Made by a program: the position numbers and the translations under genes. Positions 29,199 to 38,159 of a stretch of 64,000 nt of DNA are shown here, piece after piece; position 1 is the first letter of the stretch, and every line of letters begins with the position of its first letter. The notes under the pieces are model-generated. The model was not told the origin of the DNA. It was given only the letters and a program-made list of their open reading frames with translations, and searched no databases. Origin of the DNA: Cenarchaeum sp. (GTDB taxonomy: Archaea; Thermoproteota; Nitrososphaeria; Nitrososphaerales; Nitrosopumilaceae); NCBI GenBank assembly GCA_965242695.1, contig CBDESU010000002.1, positions 1,184,001-1,248,000 on the forward strand, read 5' to 3'.

Positions 29199-29669
29199 AT
29201 GACGCAGTCAGTAAAGCTGTCGATGGACCAGATGCGGCTCATGTCGCTGTTCCAGTCCGAGACGAGGGTCACGGCGCGCGACTGCGTAGAGGACGACAAG
29301 CTCGACCGCATCATATTCGTCGTCAACACGGGCGAGATGGGCAAGGCGATCGGCAGGCGCGGCGCCAACATACAGGGCCTCCAGCGCAGGGTCAGGCGCA
29401 ACGTCGAGATCGCCGAGTACAACGAGGATCCCGCGGCCTTCCTGCGCGGCATCCTCAACCCCAAGTTTGTCAGCGAGGTAAAACTAAATACCCGCGATGA
29501 CGGCTCGCGGCAGGCTGTGGTGATGGTGGATCCGCAAAAGAAGGGCCTGGTGGTGGGGCGCGAGGGGCGCAACGCCGAAAAGGCCCGCATGCTCGCAAAG
29601 CGGTACTTTGACATCTCGCGCGTCTCGATAAACAGCGCCGAGGACGACCTCGGGGGCGGCCGGTGGTAG
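29199..29669 (+). CDS. nusA: Archaeal NusA (KH domains)
   Basis: GEMGKAIGRRGANI, KGLVVGREGRN. Confidence 0.93.
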   Translation: MTQSVKLSMDQMRLMSLFQSETRVTARDCVEDDKLDRIIFVVNTGEMGKAIGRRGANIQGLQRRVRRNVEIAEYNEDPAAFLRGILNPKFVSEVKLNTRDDGSRQAVVMVDPQKKGLVVGREGRNAEKARMLAKRYFDISRVSINSAEDDLGGGRW

Positions 29670-29678
29670 GCGAGGGCC

Positions 29679-30116
29679 ATGGCAAAGTCCCCCCTCGGCC
29701 TGTTCGCAGGCCGCGTCCTAAAGGCCAAGAAGAAGCGCCAGCGCTGGTCCATCTCGACGTACAAGCGCCGGCGGCTCGGGCTGGACAAGAAGTCCAACCC
29801 GCTCGCCGGCGCCCCGCAGGCGCGCGGCATAGTCCTTGAAAAGGTCGGCGTCGAGGCAAAGCAGCCGAACTCGGCCGTCCGCAAGTGCGTGCGCGTCCAG
29901 CTCATAAAGAACGGCAAGTCGGTCACTGCGTTCCTTCCGCGCGACGGCGCGATGAACTTTATCGACGAGCACGACGAGGTGCACGTAGAGGGCATGGGGG
30001 CGACGCAGGGCGGCGCCATGGGGGACATTCCGGGCGTGCGCTTCAAGGTGTTCAAGGTCAACGGCACGTCGCTGCACGAGCTCGTAATCGGCAAGAAGGA
30101 GAAGCCGAGGAGATGA
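29679..30116 (+). CDS. rps12: 30S ribosomal protein S12 (uS12)
   Basis: [33 protein letters not shown]. Confidence 0.99.
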   Translation: MAKSPLGLFAGRVLKAKKKRQRWSISTYKRRRLGLDKKSNPLAGAPQARGIVLEKVGVEAKQPNSAVRKCVRVQLIKNGKSVTAFLPRDGAMNFIDEHDEVHVEGMGATQGGAMGDIPGVRFKVFKVNGTSLHELVIGKKEKPRR

Positions 30117-31057
30117 TGGCAATGCCGGAGGATGCGGAGGCGGCAGCAGCGGCAGAGGCGGCGGGGACCGCGGCCGCCGCCGACACGCCGGCCCCTGCGC
30201 AGGCCTCGTCCGCACCAGAGGCCGCAGGGGGCGGCTCCGCGGCGCGCCCCGATCCGGTCGAGTCCCAGGGCGCGCCGGGGGAGGCAGGTAGTGAGGCCGA
30301 AAAGCCGGCCGCCCGGGACGCCCCTGCCGATGCCCCCGCCGCCGGCGGCGTGGAGGGAGGGGACGAAGGGCCCGCAGCCCCAGCAGCCGGCGGCGACGGC
30401 GCCGAGGGGGAAGGCGGCGAGGATGCCGAGCAGCAGGAGGAAGAGGAGGAGCCGCCCGGCCCGCAGCTGCCGAACCTGCTCTTGTTCCGCAGGTGGGACC
30501 TGGACGGGATCGAGGTTCGCGACCCGGGACTGGTCAGCGCCATATCGCTGCGCCGCATGATCCTGCCGTACACGTACGGCCGCTCGGCGCTCAAGAAGTT
30601 CAACAAGGCCGACGCGAACATTGTAGAGCGGCTGGCCAACAAGATGATGCACTTTGGCAAGAGGTACGCAAAGAACACCGGCCGCATGGCCGGCAAGAAG
30701 ACTAGCGTCCTGCGCACCGTCGAGGCCGCATTCGAGATCATACACCTCCAGACGGGGCGCAACCCCGTCGAGGTGCTCGTCAGGGCCGTAGAGCACTCGG
30801 CGCCCAACGAGGACACTACGAGGATCGTGTACGGCGGGGCCGTATACCACGTCTCGGTCGACGTCTCGCCGCTGCGCCGCGTCGACCTTGCGCTCCGGTT
30901 CATCGCCGACGGCGTAAAGGAGGCCGCATTCTCGCGCCCGCGCGCCGTGGAAGAGTGCCTGGCCGACCACCTCATGCTCGCGGCTGCCAACGACCAGAAC
31001 GCCCCGTCGGTCAAGAAGAAGCACGAGCTAGAGCGGATCGCGCAGGCGTCGCGCTAG
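30113..31057 (+). CDS. rps7: 30S ribosomal protein S7 (uS7) with long acidic Ala/Glu/Pro N-terminal extension
   Basis: [43 protein letters not shown]; ATGA overlap with the rps12 stop. Confidence 0.95.
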   Translation: MMAMPEDAEAAAAAEAAGTAAAADTPAPAQASSAPEAAGGGSAARPDPVESQGAPGEAGSEAEKPAARDAPADAPAAGGVEGGDEGPAAPAAGGDGAEGEGGEDAEQQEEEEEPPGPQLPNLLLFRRWDLDGIEVRDPGLVSAISLRRMILPYTYGRSALKKFNKADANIVERLANKMMHFGKRYAKNTGRMAGKKTSVLRTVEAAFEIIHLQTGRNPVEVLVRAVEHSAPNEDTTRIVYGGAVYHVSVDVSPLRRVDLALRFIADGVKEAAFSRPRAVEECLADHLMLAAANDQNAPSVKKKHELERIAQASR

Positions 31058-31255
31058 GCGGCGCCTGCCGCGGCCGCCGGGCGCGGCGGGGCACGCCCGG
31101 CCTCGCCCGGTTACTTCCGGCACAACATGATCGTCCCTGGGCGCCGCCGCGCGCGCCGGGCCCTCGGCGGCCTGCCGTGAACCGGGGGAACGGCCTCCGT
31201 ACTCTGTGTCGCCGCCTGGCTTGGCGGCGGCGGCGGCGCCTGCTGATGGTGATGA

Positions 31256-31361
31256 TGGTAGCCCGAGGCAGACTCGAACTGCCGCCTTCGCGTATCCTCT
31301 CCTGAGATCCAGAGCGCGAAATCCTTGGCCTGTGTCCAATTGACCGCTAGACTATCGGGCT
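31256..31361 (-). tRNA. tRNA-Gln(CTG) with two introns of about 15 nt (D-loop and anticodon loop), CCA encoded
   Basis: Reverse complement AGCCCGATAGTCTAGCGGT[CAATTGGACACAGGC]CAAGGATTTCGCGCTCTGG[ATCTCAGGAGAGGAT]ACGCGAAGGCGGCAGTTCGAGTCTGCCTCGGGCTACCA; A1-U72 typical of archaeal tRNA-Gln; TTATAA upstream; exact splice sites approximate. Confidence 0.88.
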
Positions 31362-31490
31362 ACGGCAGGGGTATCGCAGGGGGCGGTTATAATCGTTTGG
31401 GGCGGGGCGGATCCGGGCCTCCAGCCCCGGCGCCCGCCGCCTCCAGGCGCGCCGGGGAGTGGGGGTGGGAGTCCGACCGCCCGACCGCCC

Positions 31491-31820
31491 TCACCGCTTC
31501 CTGAGCTTGACCTCGTGCACGGCCGTGCCGTAGTCGCACACGGCCCCTAGCCGCATGTACGGTATGAGCCTGTAGTGGATGCAGTACAGGCCGTTGTCCC
31601 TGTAGATGATGCCCTTTTGGAGCAGCGAGGCCAGGCCGCGCGAGAGCCTCTGGACGGTGGCGTTGGGGCCGCCGGCGGCGACCACCCTGTCGCGCTTGTC
31701 GTGGTACTGCTCCTTTGTGAACACGGCATCGCCGACCTCTAGCACGAGCGGCCAGACGAGCTCGGACCACACGTACCGCCGTATGTCGGTGCCCGACGCA
31801 TGCCTGCCCTTCTCGGCCAA
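31491..31820 (-). CDS. Conserved hypothetical protein (possible winged helix)
   Basis: TDIRRYVWSELVWPL..RLSRGLASLLQKGII..YCIHYRLIPYM; coding-like codon pattern. Confidence 0.7.
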   Translation of the reverse strand: MAEKGRHASGTDIRRYVWSELVWPLVLEVGDAVFTKEQYHDKRDRVVAAGGPNATVQRLSRGLASLLQKGIIYRDNGLYCIHYRLIPYMRLGAVCDYGTAVHEVKLRKR

Positions 31821-31855
31821 CCTAAATAGGCCTCTTGGCGGCCGTATAACTGGAT

Positions 31856-32572
31856 TTGTCTTCGGCCGCCGGCGAGATCGAGGAGTCGCTCAGGATGCTC
31901 TCGCGCGACTGGGACGTCGACCCCGTCCTGCGCGACTTTGCGCTAGGCCGGATACGCGCCGTCTCGGACCATGCCGTCCGGGTCGGGCGCGTCACGTTCC
32001 ACATACCGCGCCTTGACGAGCACGGCTCGTACGTGCTCTGGAGGTGCCTCTGGCCGGACTGCCACAACTGCTGCGAGAGGCAGGGCCGCCTGCCGCTCAC
32101 GTCCGACGACCTGATCACGATCGGCTCGGGCATGAAGTACTCGAAGACTTCCGAGTTCGTCGGGCGCGAGACGGTCGTGGCCACGTGGGACGACGGGCAG
32201 TCCGGCGCGGCCGGGCAGCGCACCGTAATGACGGCGGTCACGCTCAAGCGGCGCGAGGGCGACACCGAGGGCGACGACGGCACGCGCGTGCCCTGCCGCT
32301 TCCTCGACGGGGAGGGCGCCTGCACGCTGCACCCCGGCAGGCCGGGCGTGTGCCACCTGTACCCGTTCACGACGTGGCTCGTCAACGAGGGGGGCGCCGC
32401 CCGCGTGCACGCCTCGTACCAGATCACCGGCGACTGCCCTGGGTTCTACCTGGGACGCGACATCGCCGAGATGCGAGGCGAGCTCGCCGAGTACGCCGCC
32501 AAGATATACGACTACAACATGGCGTCGGTCCGTACCGCGCGCGAGGGGTTCGGCGCGGCTAGCGTGTGCTGA
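31856..32572 (+). CDS. YkgJ-family cysteine cluster (Zn/Fe-S) protein
   Basis: CLWPDCHNCC, PCRFLD..CTLH..RPGVCHLYPF, DCPG. Confidence 0.85.
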   Translation: MSSAAGEIEESLRMLSRDWDVDPVLRDFALGRIRAVSDHAVRVGRVTFHIPRLDEHGSYVLWRCLWPDCHNCCERQGRLPLTSDDLITIGSGMKYSKTSEFVGRETVVATWDDGQSGAAGQRTVMTAVTLKRREGDTEGDDGTRVPCRFLDGEGACTLHPGRPGVCHLYPFTTWLVNEGGAARVHASYQITGDCPGFYLGRDIAEMRGELAEYAAKIYDYNMASVRTAREGFGAASVC

Positions 32573-32594
32573 CGGCACGCGCGGGCCCCCTCTA

Positions 32595-33239
32595 CTACTC
32601 TTCCTCCAGGGCCCACTCGGGCGAGAACTTTATCATGTTGTTCTTCTCGGCGTGCTCAAAGTCGTACACGTCGATGTGACGCGTCTTGTCGGCCCACAGC
32701 TCCTCAAAGTCGGCGACCTTTTTCTCGACGCGGCTCGCGTCGTCCCACGACGTAAACACGTCGATGGACTCGAAGTTCCTGACCTGCGCGTCGAACGTGT
32801 GGTGGGATCCGCCCGTGAACGCGACGGCGTCGCCGGCCCCGTCGGTGAATATGCCGACCTTTTCGGTAAAGGCGCCGTCGACGAGGTCCGAGTTGGGCAC
32901 GGCCACCTTGATCCGGACGCGGTGCGCGCCGGCTAGCGCGTCGAGCTCGGCGTCGCGCCCCCTGCCGCCGCCTCCCGAGCGCCGCATCGCCTCCAGCTTT
33001 GAGGCAAAGCTCAGGTCGGACGCGGTAAACCGGTGGCCGCACACTATCCTCAGCGACGCCTTGTTGGATGCAAAGCCCCTCCGCTCGCGCGACAGGGCGC
33101 CGAGGCTGCGCAGCGAGATGTACTCGGAGCACCGGTCGTACCGGACGCAGGCGTCTAGGCACGGCGCGATGAACTCGCCTATGATGTCGTCGCGGTCGGC
33201 CCTGTACTCCTCCTTGAACGATATCTCGCGCAGTGACAC
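32595..33239 (-). CDS. Stand-alone phospholipase-D-like domain resembling the N-terminus of DEAD/H DNA-repair helicases
   Basis: GTG start VSLREISFKEEYRADRDDIIGEFIAPCL; FTEKVGIFTDGAGDAVAFTGGS, NFESIDVFTSW, FEELW. Confidence 0.72.
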   Translation of the reverse strand: MSLREISFKEEYRADRDDIIGEFIAPCLDACVRYDRCSEYISLRSLGALSRERRGFASNKASLRIVCGHRFTASDLSFASKLEAMRRSGGGGRGRDAELDALAGAHRVRIKVAVPNSDLVDGAFTEKVGIFTDGAGDAVAFTGGSHHTFDAQVRNFESIDVFTSWDDASRVEKKVADFEELWADKTRHIDVYDFEHAEKNNMIKFSPEWALEEE

Positions 33240-33327
33240 GCGCCGCGCCGGGCGCCCCGCGTGATAACGCTTTCGGCGCGGCGCTGGACCGGGGACGCCT
33301 TTTATACCGCCGGGGGGCCGGCGGGGC

Positions 33328-34101
33328 ATGGACAGGCTGACGGCGGGCATGGCCGCCTCGATCGGCGTCATACTGGCGCTCGTCGTGTCGGCAAGCGTCG
33401 CCTCGACGGGCGAGCCGGCATCTGCGCAGATCGGGGTACAAAAGCCGGACAGGACCGCGACGGTGACCGGCGCGGCATCCTCGTCCGTGCCGCCGGACCG
33501 CCTCGTCGTCGTCTTTGGCGTCGAGGTCGTCGCCGACACGGCCCGCGAGGCCCTGTCGACGAACTCGGAGATGATGGGCGCCGTGATCGACTCGTTGCGC
33601 AGCGCGGGGGTCGAGGACGGCGAGATCAGCACGTCGAACCTGCGCGTCTACCCCGAGTACTCGTACGGCGAGTCAGACGAGCCGCTGATAAGGGGGTACA
33701 GTGTGTCGAACACCGTGCGGGTGGAGACGGGCATGCTCGGCTCAGCCACCGAGATCATCGACGGAGGCGTGGATGCCGGCGCCAACAGGGTCGAGAGGGT
33801 CTCGTTCGACCTCTCGGCCGAGGCGCGCCGGGCCATAAGCGATGCGCTCATCGAGAGGGCGGTCCTCGACGCGCGCGAAAAGGCCGAGGCGGCGATCGAG
33901 CCGCTCGGCCAGCGGATAGTCGGCGTAAAGTCCGTCTCGCTCGTGGATGTGCCGCGGGATCCGTGGATGTCGGCGGGCCTTGTCAGGGAATCGGCCGGCC
34001 TCGATCTCGCGTCGGCGGCGCCGACGCCGGTGTTCGCATCCGAGGCGACCGTCACGGTGCAGGCGCAGGTCTCGTTCTTGATCGCCGAGGACCGCGGCTA
34101 G
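33328..34101 (+). CDS. SIMPL (DUF541) domain exported protein
   Basis: TVTGAASSSVPPD, ISTSNLRVYPEY, GYSVSNTV, AGANRV, AVLDAREKAE. Confidence 0.88.
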   Translation: MDRLTAGMAASIGVILALVVSASVASTGEPASAQIGVQKPDRTATVTGAASSSVPPDRLVVVFGVEVVADTAREALSTNSEMMGAVIDSLRSAGVEDGEISTSNLRVYPEYSYGESDEPLIRGYSVSNTVRVETGMLGSATEIIDGGVDAGANRVERVSFDLSAEARRAISDALIERAVLDAREKAEAAIEPLGQRIVGVKSVSLVDVPRDPWMSAGLVRESAGLDLASAAPTPVFASEATVTVQAQVSFLIAEDRG

Positions 34102-34133
34102 GCGGGGCCGCCGCGGCGGAATTGTAGTGGTAG

Positions 34134-34209
34134 TGCTCCCGCTGGGATTTGAACCCAGGATCACTGCCTTGAGAGGGCAGTATGCTTAGCCGGACTACAC
34201 CACAGGAGC
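34134..34209 (-). tRNA. tRNA-Glu(CTC)
   Basis: Reverse complement GCTCCTGTGGTGTAGTCCGGCTAAGCATACTGCCCTCTCAAGGCAGTGATCCTGGGTTCAAATCCCAGCGGGAGCA; no encoded CCA. Confidence 0.95.
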
Positions 34210-34240
34210 CGGCACGGCGCCGGCCCGCCGCAATTTAAGC

Positions 34241-34903
34241 CTAGCCCACCGGCCCGCGTTCCGGGCCCCGCCGGACGCCGGACGCGCCGCCCTGGCCGCG
34301 AGCGGGGGCCGCGGCGCCGCCGGCCGCCTCCCTCTTGTCGACGAACCCGGCGATCCCGATCCTGGCCATCTCGTCGGAGTCGGCGACCACGGCGTCGTGC
34401 AGGCGGCGCTTGCGGGCGCGCAGCCTTGCGCGCAGGGGCGAGCCGGGCGAGGCGGCGAGGATCCTCGCCGCCAGCAGGCCGGCGTTGGCCGCCTTGTTGA
34501 CGCCGACCGAGGCGACCGGAGTTCCCGTGGGCATCTCCGTAATCGACAGCAGCGCGTCCAGGCCGCCGAACGACGAGGCGCCGGGATCTCCGCCGCCGCC
34601 GCGCCTGTCGTTGTACACCATGATGGGCACGCCGACTACCGGCAGGACGGTGAACGAGGCGATCATGCCGGGCAGGTGGGCCGCCCCGCCGGCTCCGGCT
34701 ATGATTGCCCTCAGCCCGGACCTCTCTGCATGCGCTGCGTACCCGGCGAGGCGGCCGGGCGTCCTGTGGGCCGACACGATTTGGTCCTCGTGCGGCACGC
34801 CGAGCTCGTCGAGGACCGCGCCGGCGCCGCGCATTATGCGCGCATCCGAGGCCGATCCCATTGCTATGCCGACTAGCGGCCTTGGCGCCCTGGCCCCTGC
34901 CAT
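34241..34903 (-). CDS. purE: N5-carboxyaminoimidazole ribonucleotide mutase
   Basis: VGIAMGSASD, VSAHRTP, IAGAGGAAHLPGMIAS, GLDALLSITEMPTGTPVA. Confidence 0.95.
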   Translation of the reverse strand: MAGARAPRPLVGIAMGSASDARIMRGAGAVLDELGVPHEDQIVSAHRTPGRLAGYAAHAERSGLRAIIAGAGGAAHLPGMIASFTVLPVVGVPIMVYNDRRGGGGDPGASSFGGLDALLSITEMPTGTPVASVGVNKAANAGLLAARILAASPGSPLRARLRARKRRLHDAVVADSDEMARIGIAGFVDKREAAGGAAAPARGQGGASGVRRGPERGPVG

Positions 34904-35006
34904 GCCCATGGGCCGCCGGCGGCGTGATATTACCCTAGCGTCCGCCCCGCCGGGCGCGGCCCGCCGCGCGATCAACTTATACCAAAACCGCGGCAGGGCG
35001 CGGCGA

Positions 35007-35900
35007 ATGGACGACGTTCGCGAGGCGCTGCGGCGGTACTCGCTAGACGACTTTCCGTCGGGGCTGGGCGGGTGCCGCAGCCCGTCCGGCGGCGGGGATC
35101 CCCACCCGTGCTGCGAGTACAACGTGTCGGTCTTTGACGACCGGAGCGAGCCGGACACGGTGGCGCAGGCGGAGGGAGGGGACGGGCCGGCCGTGTGCAT
35201 ACACCACTGCTCGCTCAACGAGACGCGCTCGAACGTCCTTGCCCACATCGACGGCCTGGACGTCGTAAACGACGCCGGCTGGGAGCTGCGCACGGCGCTT
35301 GCCCACCTGCGCGAGCGGCGCGCCGGGATACTGGCCGACTACTCCCGCAACTGCCTCGCCGATGCGCTGTTCTGCGTCTCGCGGGCGGCCGGACCCGCGG
35401 CCGCCCCGGACGGCCTGGCCGACTGCTGGGCAAAGTGCGCCGCCCTGTACCTCGCCGATGCGATCCTGCTGGCCGGCGGAAGGCGGCCGCGCCCGGCGCA
35501 CCTGCTGCGCGACGTGCGCTCGTTGGACGGGCCGGGGGCGGCCCGGTTCGGGGTCGTGCTCGAGTGCGCCGGGGCCGAGAGGGCATCGCCCGTCCTGCTC
35601 GGCCGCATGGCCGAGGCGGCCGCCGGGCTCTCCGACTTGGCAGAGGGCAACGGCCGCTCGGCGATAATCCGGGCAAAGGCGGCCTACCTTGCCGGCGAGT
35701 CGATGCACGCCGACTGCTACTTTTACCTGTGCCATGCCTGCCGCGGCATACTCGCGCGGCACGCCGATATCGTGTCTAGGCGGCCCGACCTGCAGCGCAT
35801 ACTGCGCACCGCCCTTGACGCCGAGGCCGGGGGACAGGCTGCCGAGCGGCACGCCTTGGCCGTCCGAGCGGCCGCCGAGCGAATGCTGTCCGAGCGGTAG
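35007..35900 (+). CDS. Conserved thaumarchaeal hypothetical protein (possibly degenerate nucleotidyltransferase-like)
   Basis: PSGLGGCRS..CCEYNVSVFD; DCWAKCAALYLADAI; TTATA about 25 nt upstream. Confidence 0.7.
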   Translation: MDDVREALRRYSLDDFPSGLGGCRSPSGGGDPHPCCEYNVSVFDDRSEPDTVAQAEGGDGPAVCIHHCSLNETRSNVLAHIDGLDVVNDAGWELRTALAHLRERRAGILADYSRNCLADALFCVSRAAGPAAAPDGLADCWAKCAALYLADAILLAGGRRPRPAHLLRDVRSLDGPGAARFGVVLECAGAERASPVLLGRMAEAAAGLSDLAEGNGRSAIIRAKAAYLAGESMHADCYFYLCHACRGILARHADIVSRRPDLQRILRTALDAEAGGQAAERHALAVRAAAERMLSER

Positions 35901-35904
35901 AGTA

Positions 35905-35960
35905 TTGTTAACGCGGCCGGCATTCCGTATTAACAACGCCCGTGATCTAAAGCCTTAAAA
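35905..35960 (+). promoter_or_regulatory. Inverted repeat TTGTTAA-N18-TTAACAA followed by TATA box TTAAAA of the metallothionein-like gene
   Basis: Arms at 35905-35911 and 35930-35936; TTAAAA at 35955-35960, 22 nt before the ATG. Confidence 0.55.
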
Positions 35961-35982
35961 CATATCCTTGCAACGGCCCGGC

Positions 35983-36117
35983 ATGTCGGATGCAGCATGC
36001 GGCTGTGCCGCCCAGGCCGAGAACAATACCGAGTGCGACTGCACGATGCAGAGCGAATGCTACTGCGATGCGACTTGCGATTGCAAGCTCGACGTGTGCA
36101 CGAGCACCGCACACTAG
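35983..36117 (+). CDS. Metallothionein-like Cys-rich microprotein (44 aa)
   Basis: MSDAACGCAAQAENNTECDCTMQSECYCDATCDCKLDVCTSTAH: 9 Cys, four CxC motifs; own TATA box and downstream T-tract; below the ORF-track cutoff. Confidence 0.75.
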   Translation: MSDAACGCAAQAENNTECDCTMQSECYCDATCDCKLDVCTSTAH

Positions 36118-36360
36118 GCCGCTAGGCCACCCTTTTTCATTTCGAGGCGGCGCGGCCGCCGCGGCACCGCCGGCTGCGGCCCTGCCGCCTGGCAACGCGG
36201 CCGCCGGAGCGCTCTGAACCGTGCGCGCCCTGACACGGTAGCGGGCGGCACGAACGCCTTGATACTGCTGCCTCCCCCGCCCCGGCCGGCATTCTTCGCT
36301 TGGCGCATTGCGCGGCACGCCGCGGCGAGGGGGCCGCCACGCCGCGGCCAGCGGCGCGCC

Positions 36361-36537
36361 CTAGTCCTCTTCCTCGTCGTCGTCCTCAAAGCCCCACGAC
36401 TTTACGAGCTCCTTTTGGAACTTGTCGGCCTGCTTGTCGTTGAGGCTGGCGCCGCAGTTCTTGTGGGTCGGCACGACGATCATTCCCTCGAGCTTGAACT
36501 CTACTTCGTACAGGTGGACCTTTGGGCAGTCGCACAC
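36361..36537 (-). CDS. Small CxC...HxxC protein with acidic tail (58 aa)
   Basis: GTG start: MCDCPKVHLYEVEFKLEGMIVVPTHKNCGASLNDKQADKFQKELVKSWGFEDDDEEED; TTATA about 25 nt upstream. Confidence 0.8.
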   Translation of the reverse strand: MCDCPKVHLYEVEFKLEGMIVVPTHKNCGASLNDKQADKFQKELVKSWGFEDDDEEED

Positions 36538-36677
36538 GCGCGCGCACCGCGGCCGGCTACCTATAATACTTGGGCCGCGCGGCAGCCCGAGTGCGGCGGG
36601 AGGTGGCCGCCTCCGTTCCTTCCGCGCGCGGTGCCCTCAAAAAAGCTTTAACTAGCGCGGCCAGTCCCCCGCTGGGC

Positions 36678-38159
36678 ATGGGGATCGCGGCAGCCTGCTG
36701 CACTGCGGCGCTGGCCGCGGCCCTGGCCGCTGCCGCCTCTGCCGCGGCCCTTGCGGCCGCGCCGCAGCAGGCCTGGGCGCAGGACTTTGGCGGGGGGGTC
36801 GACATGGACGGGTCGTGGTACGCCGGCGAGGGCCTCAAGCAGGGCGACTACTTTTCCTACTCGATGTGCCATGTCAACTACAAGGACTGCACCGAGTTCC
36901 GCATGGACCTGTGGGTGGAGGGCGACGTGCAGGTGGGCACCGAGACAAAGTGGCTCGTGCAGGCCGTCGCCCGCGACGGATCCCGGACGGTCAAGGGAAA
37001 CATGGAGCTCGGCAAGATCGCGCCCGAGCCGTCCGGCGGCACGCCCGCCCTGGGCCCCTACCGCGACGCGTTCAAGACCTCGATCGTCTGGCTCTCGTCG
37101 TTTGCGACGGCGCATCCGGACTCGAAGGACGGCCCAAAGGACTTTCGCGCCCCGTCCTGGGGAAAGATCGCCAACATCGGCGGCGAGCAGGTCAAGCCGA
37201 CGTCGATCGAGACCGTCAGCACCAGGGCCGGCGACTTCGAGTCCGTGCTTGTGACGTGGAAGACCGGCGGGCAGGTCAGCCGGATATGGGTCGTCGACGG
37301 CTTTCCGTTCCCCGTAAGGGCGAGCACCTGGACGCACGTCTCCGAGGGCGTGCCGCCGCAGGAGTACAGGTTCGAGCTGATCGAGTACGAGGAGGGCGTC
37401 TCCGAGAGCCCGTTCGCGGGGGTCGTCGACACGGGGGAGGAAAAGTCGGCTGCCGGCTGCATCGAGAACTACGACTTTGCAAAGGTGCGCAAGACGACGC
37501 GCAACTTCGAGTACCTGATCGACCTAAAGTACGGCCCCGAGTACCCGCTCGCAGGTTGCGACATCGAGTGGATCATCAACTTCCACAACAAGTTCGACGA
37601 GACCGAGTTCCTCCACCAGGTGCAGTACGACATCGTGGCCGTCGACGGGGACGGAAAGGTGGTGCGGGGGCTCGCCGAGGACGAGGGCAGGGACCGGCTG
37701 TTCTCGGCGTCCGGGCAGGTGCGCCGGTTCATGCCGGTCGACGCGGGGACGGCCGGCTACACGCTCATCGTCTACGGCACGTCGCCCGACCACATACTTG
37801 CGTCGAACCTGGACTACCTGACGTTCGGCGTCGAGGTGTCCGAGGCGCCAGAGGCCGCGGACGAGCCGGCCGCGGCGCCTGCCGTGCCCGGCTGGATAAA
37901 GACGGCCGCGGGGCACTGGGTCGCGGGGGCCACCACGGACGCCGAGTTTGCCGCCGCGCTCGGGTTCCTCATATCGAGGGGCATCCTAGAGGTGCCGCCG
38001 GCCGAGGGCGGCGGCGATGCCGGCCGGGGCGGCGGGGCGATCCCCGAGTGGATAAAGACGACGACGGGCTACTGGACGGGCGGGTTTACGTCCGACGCCG
38101 AGTTCGTCGGGGCCGTGCAGTTCCTCATGCGCGCCGGCATCATTGTCGTGGTGGAGTGA
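36678..38159 (+). CDS. Exported thaumarchaeal protein (often annotated 'peptidase') with two C-terminal PxWIKxxxGxW..D.EF repeats
   Basis: Signal peptide; GSWYAGEGLKQGDYFSY; VPGWIKTAAGHW..DAEF and IPEWIKTTTGYW..DAEF. Confidence 0.8.
   Translation: MGIAAACCTAALAAALAAAASAAALAAAPQQAWAQDFGGGVDMDGSWYAGEGLKQGDYFSYSMCHVNYKDCTEFRMDLWVEGDVQVGTETKWLVQAVARDGSRTVKGNMELGKIAPEPSGGTPALGPYRDAFKTSIVWLSSFATAHPDSKDGPKDFRAPSWGKIANIGGEQVKPTSIETVSTRAGDFESVLVTWKTGGQVSRIWVVDGFPFPVRASTWTHVSEGVPPQEYRFELIEYEEGVSESPFAGVVDTGEEKSAAGCIENYDFAKVRKTTRNFEYLIDLKYGPEYPLAGCDIEWIINFHNKFDETEFLHQVQYDIVAVDGDGKVVRGLAEDEGRDRLFSASGQVRRFMPVDAGTAGYTLIVYGTSPDHILASNLDYLTFGVEVSEAPEAADEPAAAPAVPGWIKTAAGHWVAGATTDAEFAAALGFLISRGILEVPPAEGGGDAGRGGGAIPEWIKTTTGYWTGGFTSDAEFVGAVQFLMRAGIIVVVE

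Noticed and set aside
31256-34209. tRNA-anchored integrated element
   Set aside because: No integrase and no duplicated tRNA 3' end seen; intervening genes look like core AOA genes
35930-36318. Track ORFs 35930..36112, 35947..36318 and 35990..36217
   Set aside because: Better explained by the 44-aa plus-strand Cys-rich ORF, which has a correctly spaced TATA box
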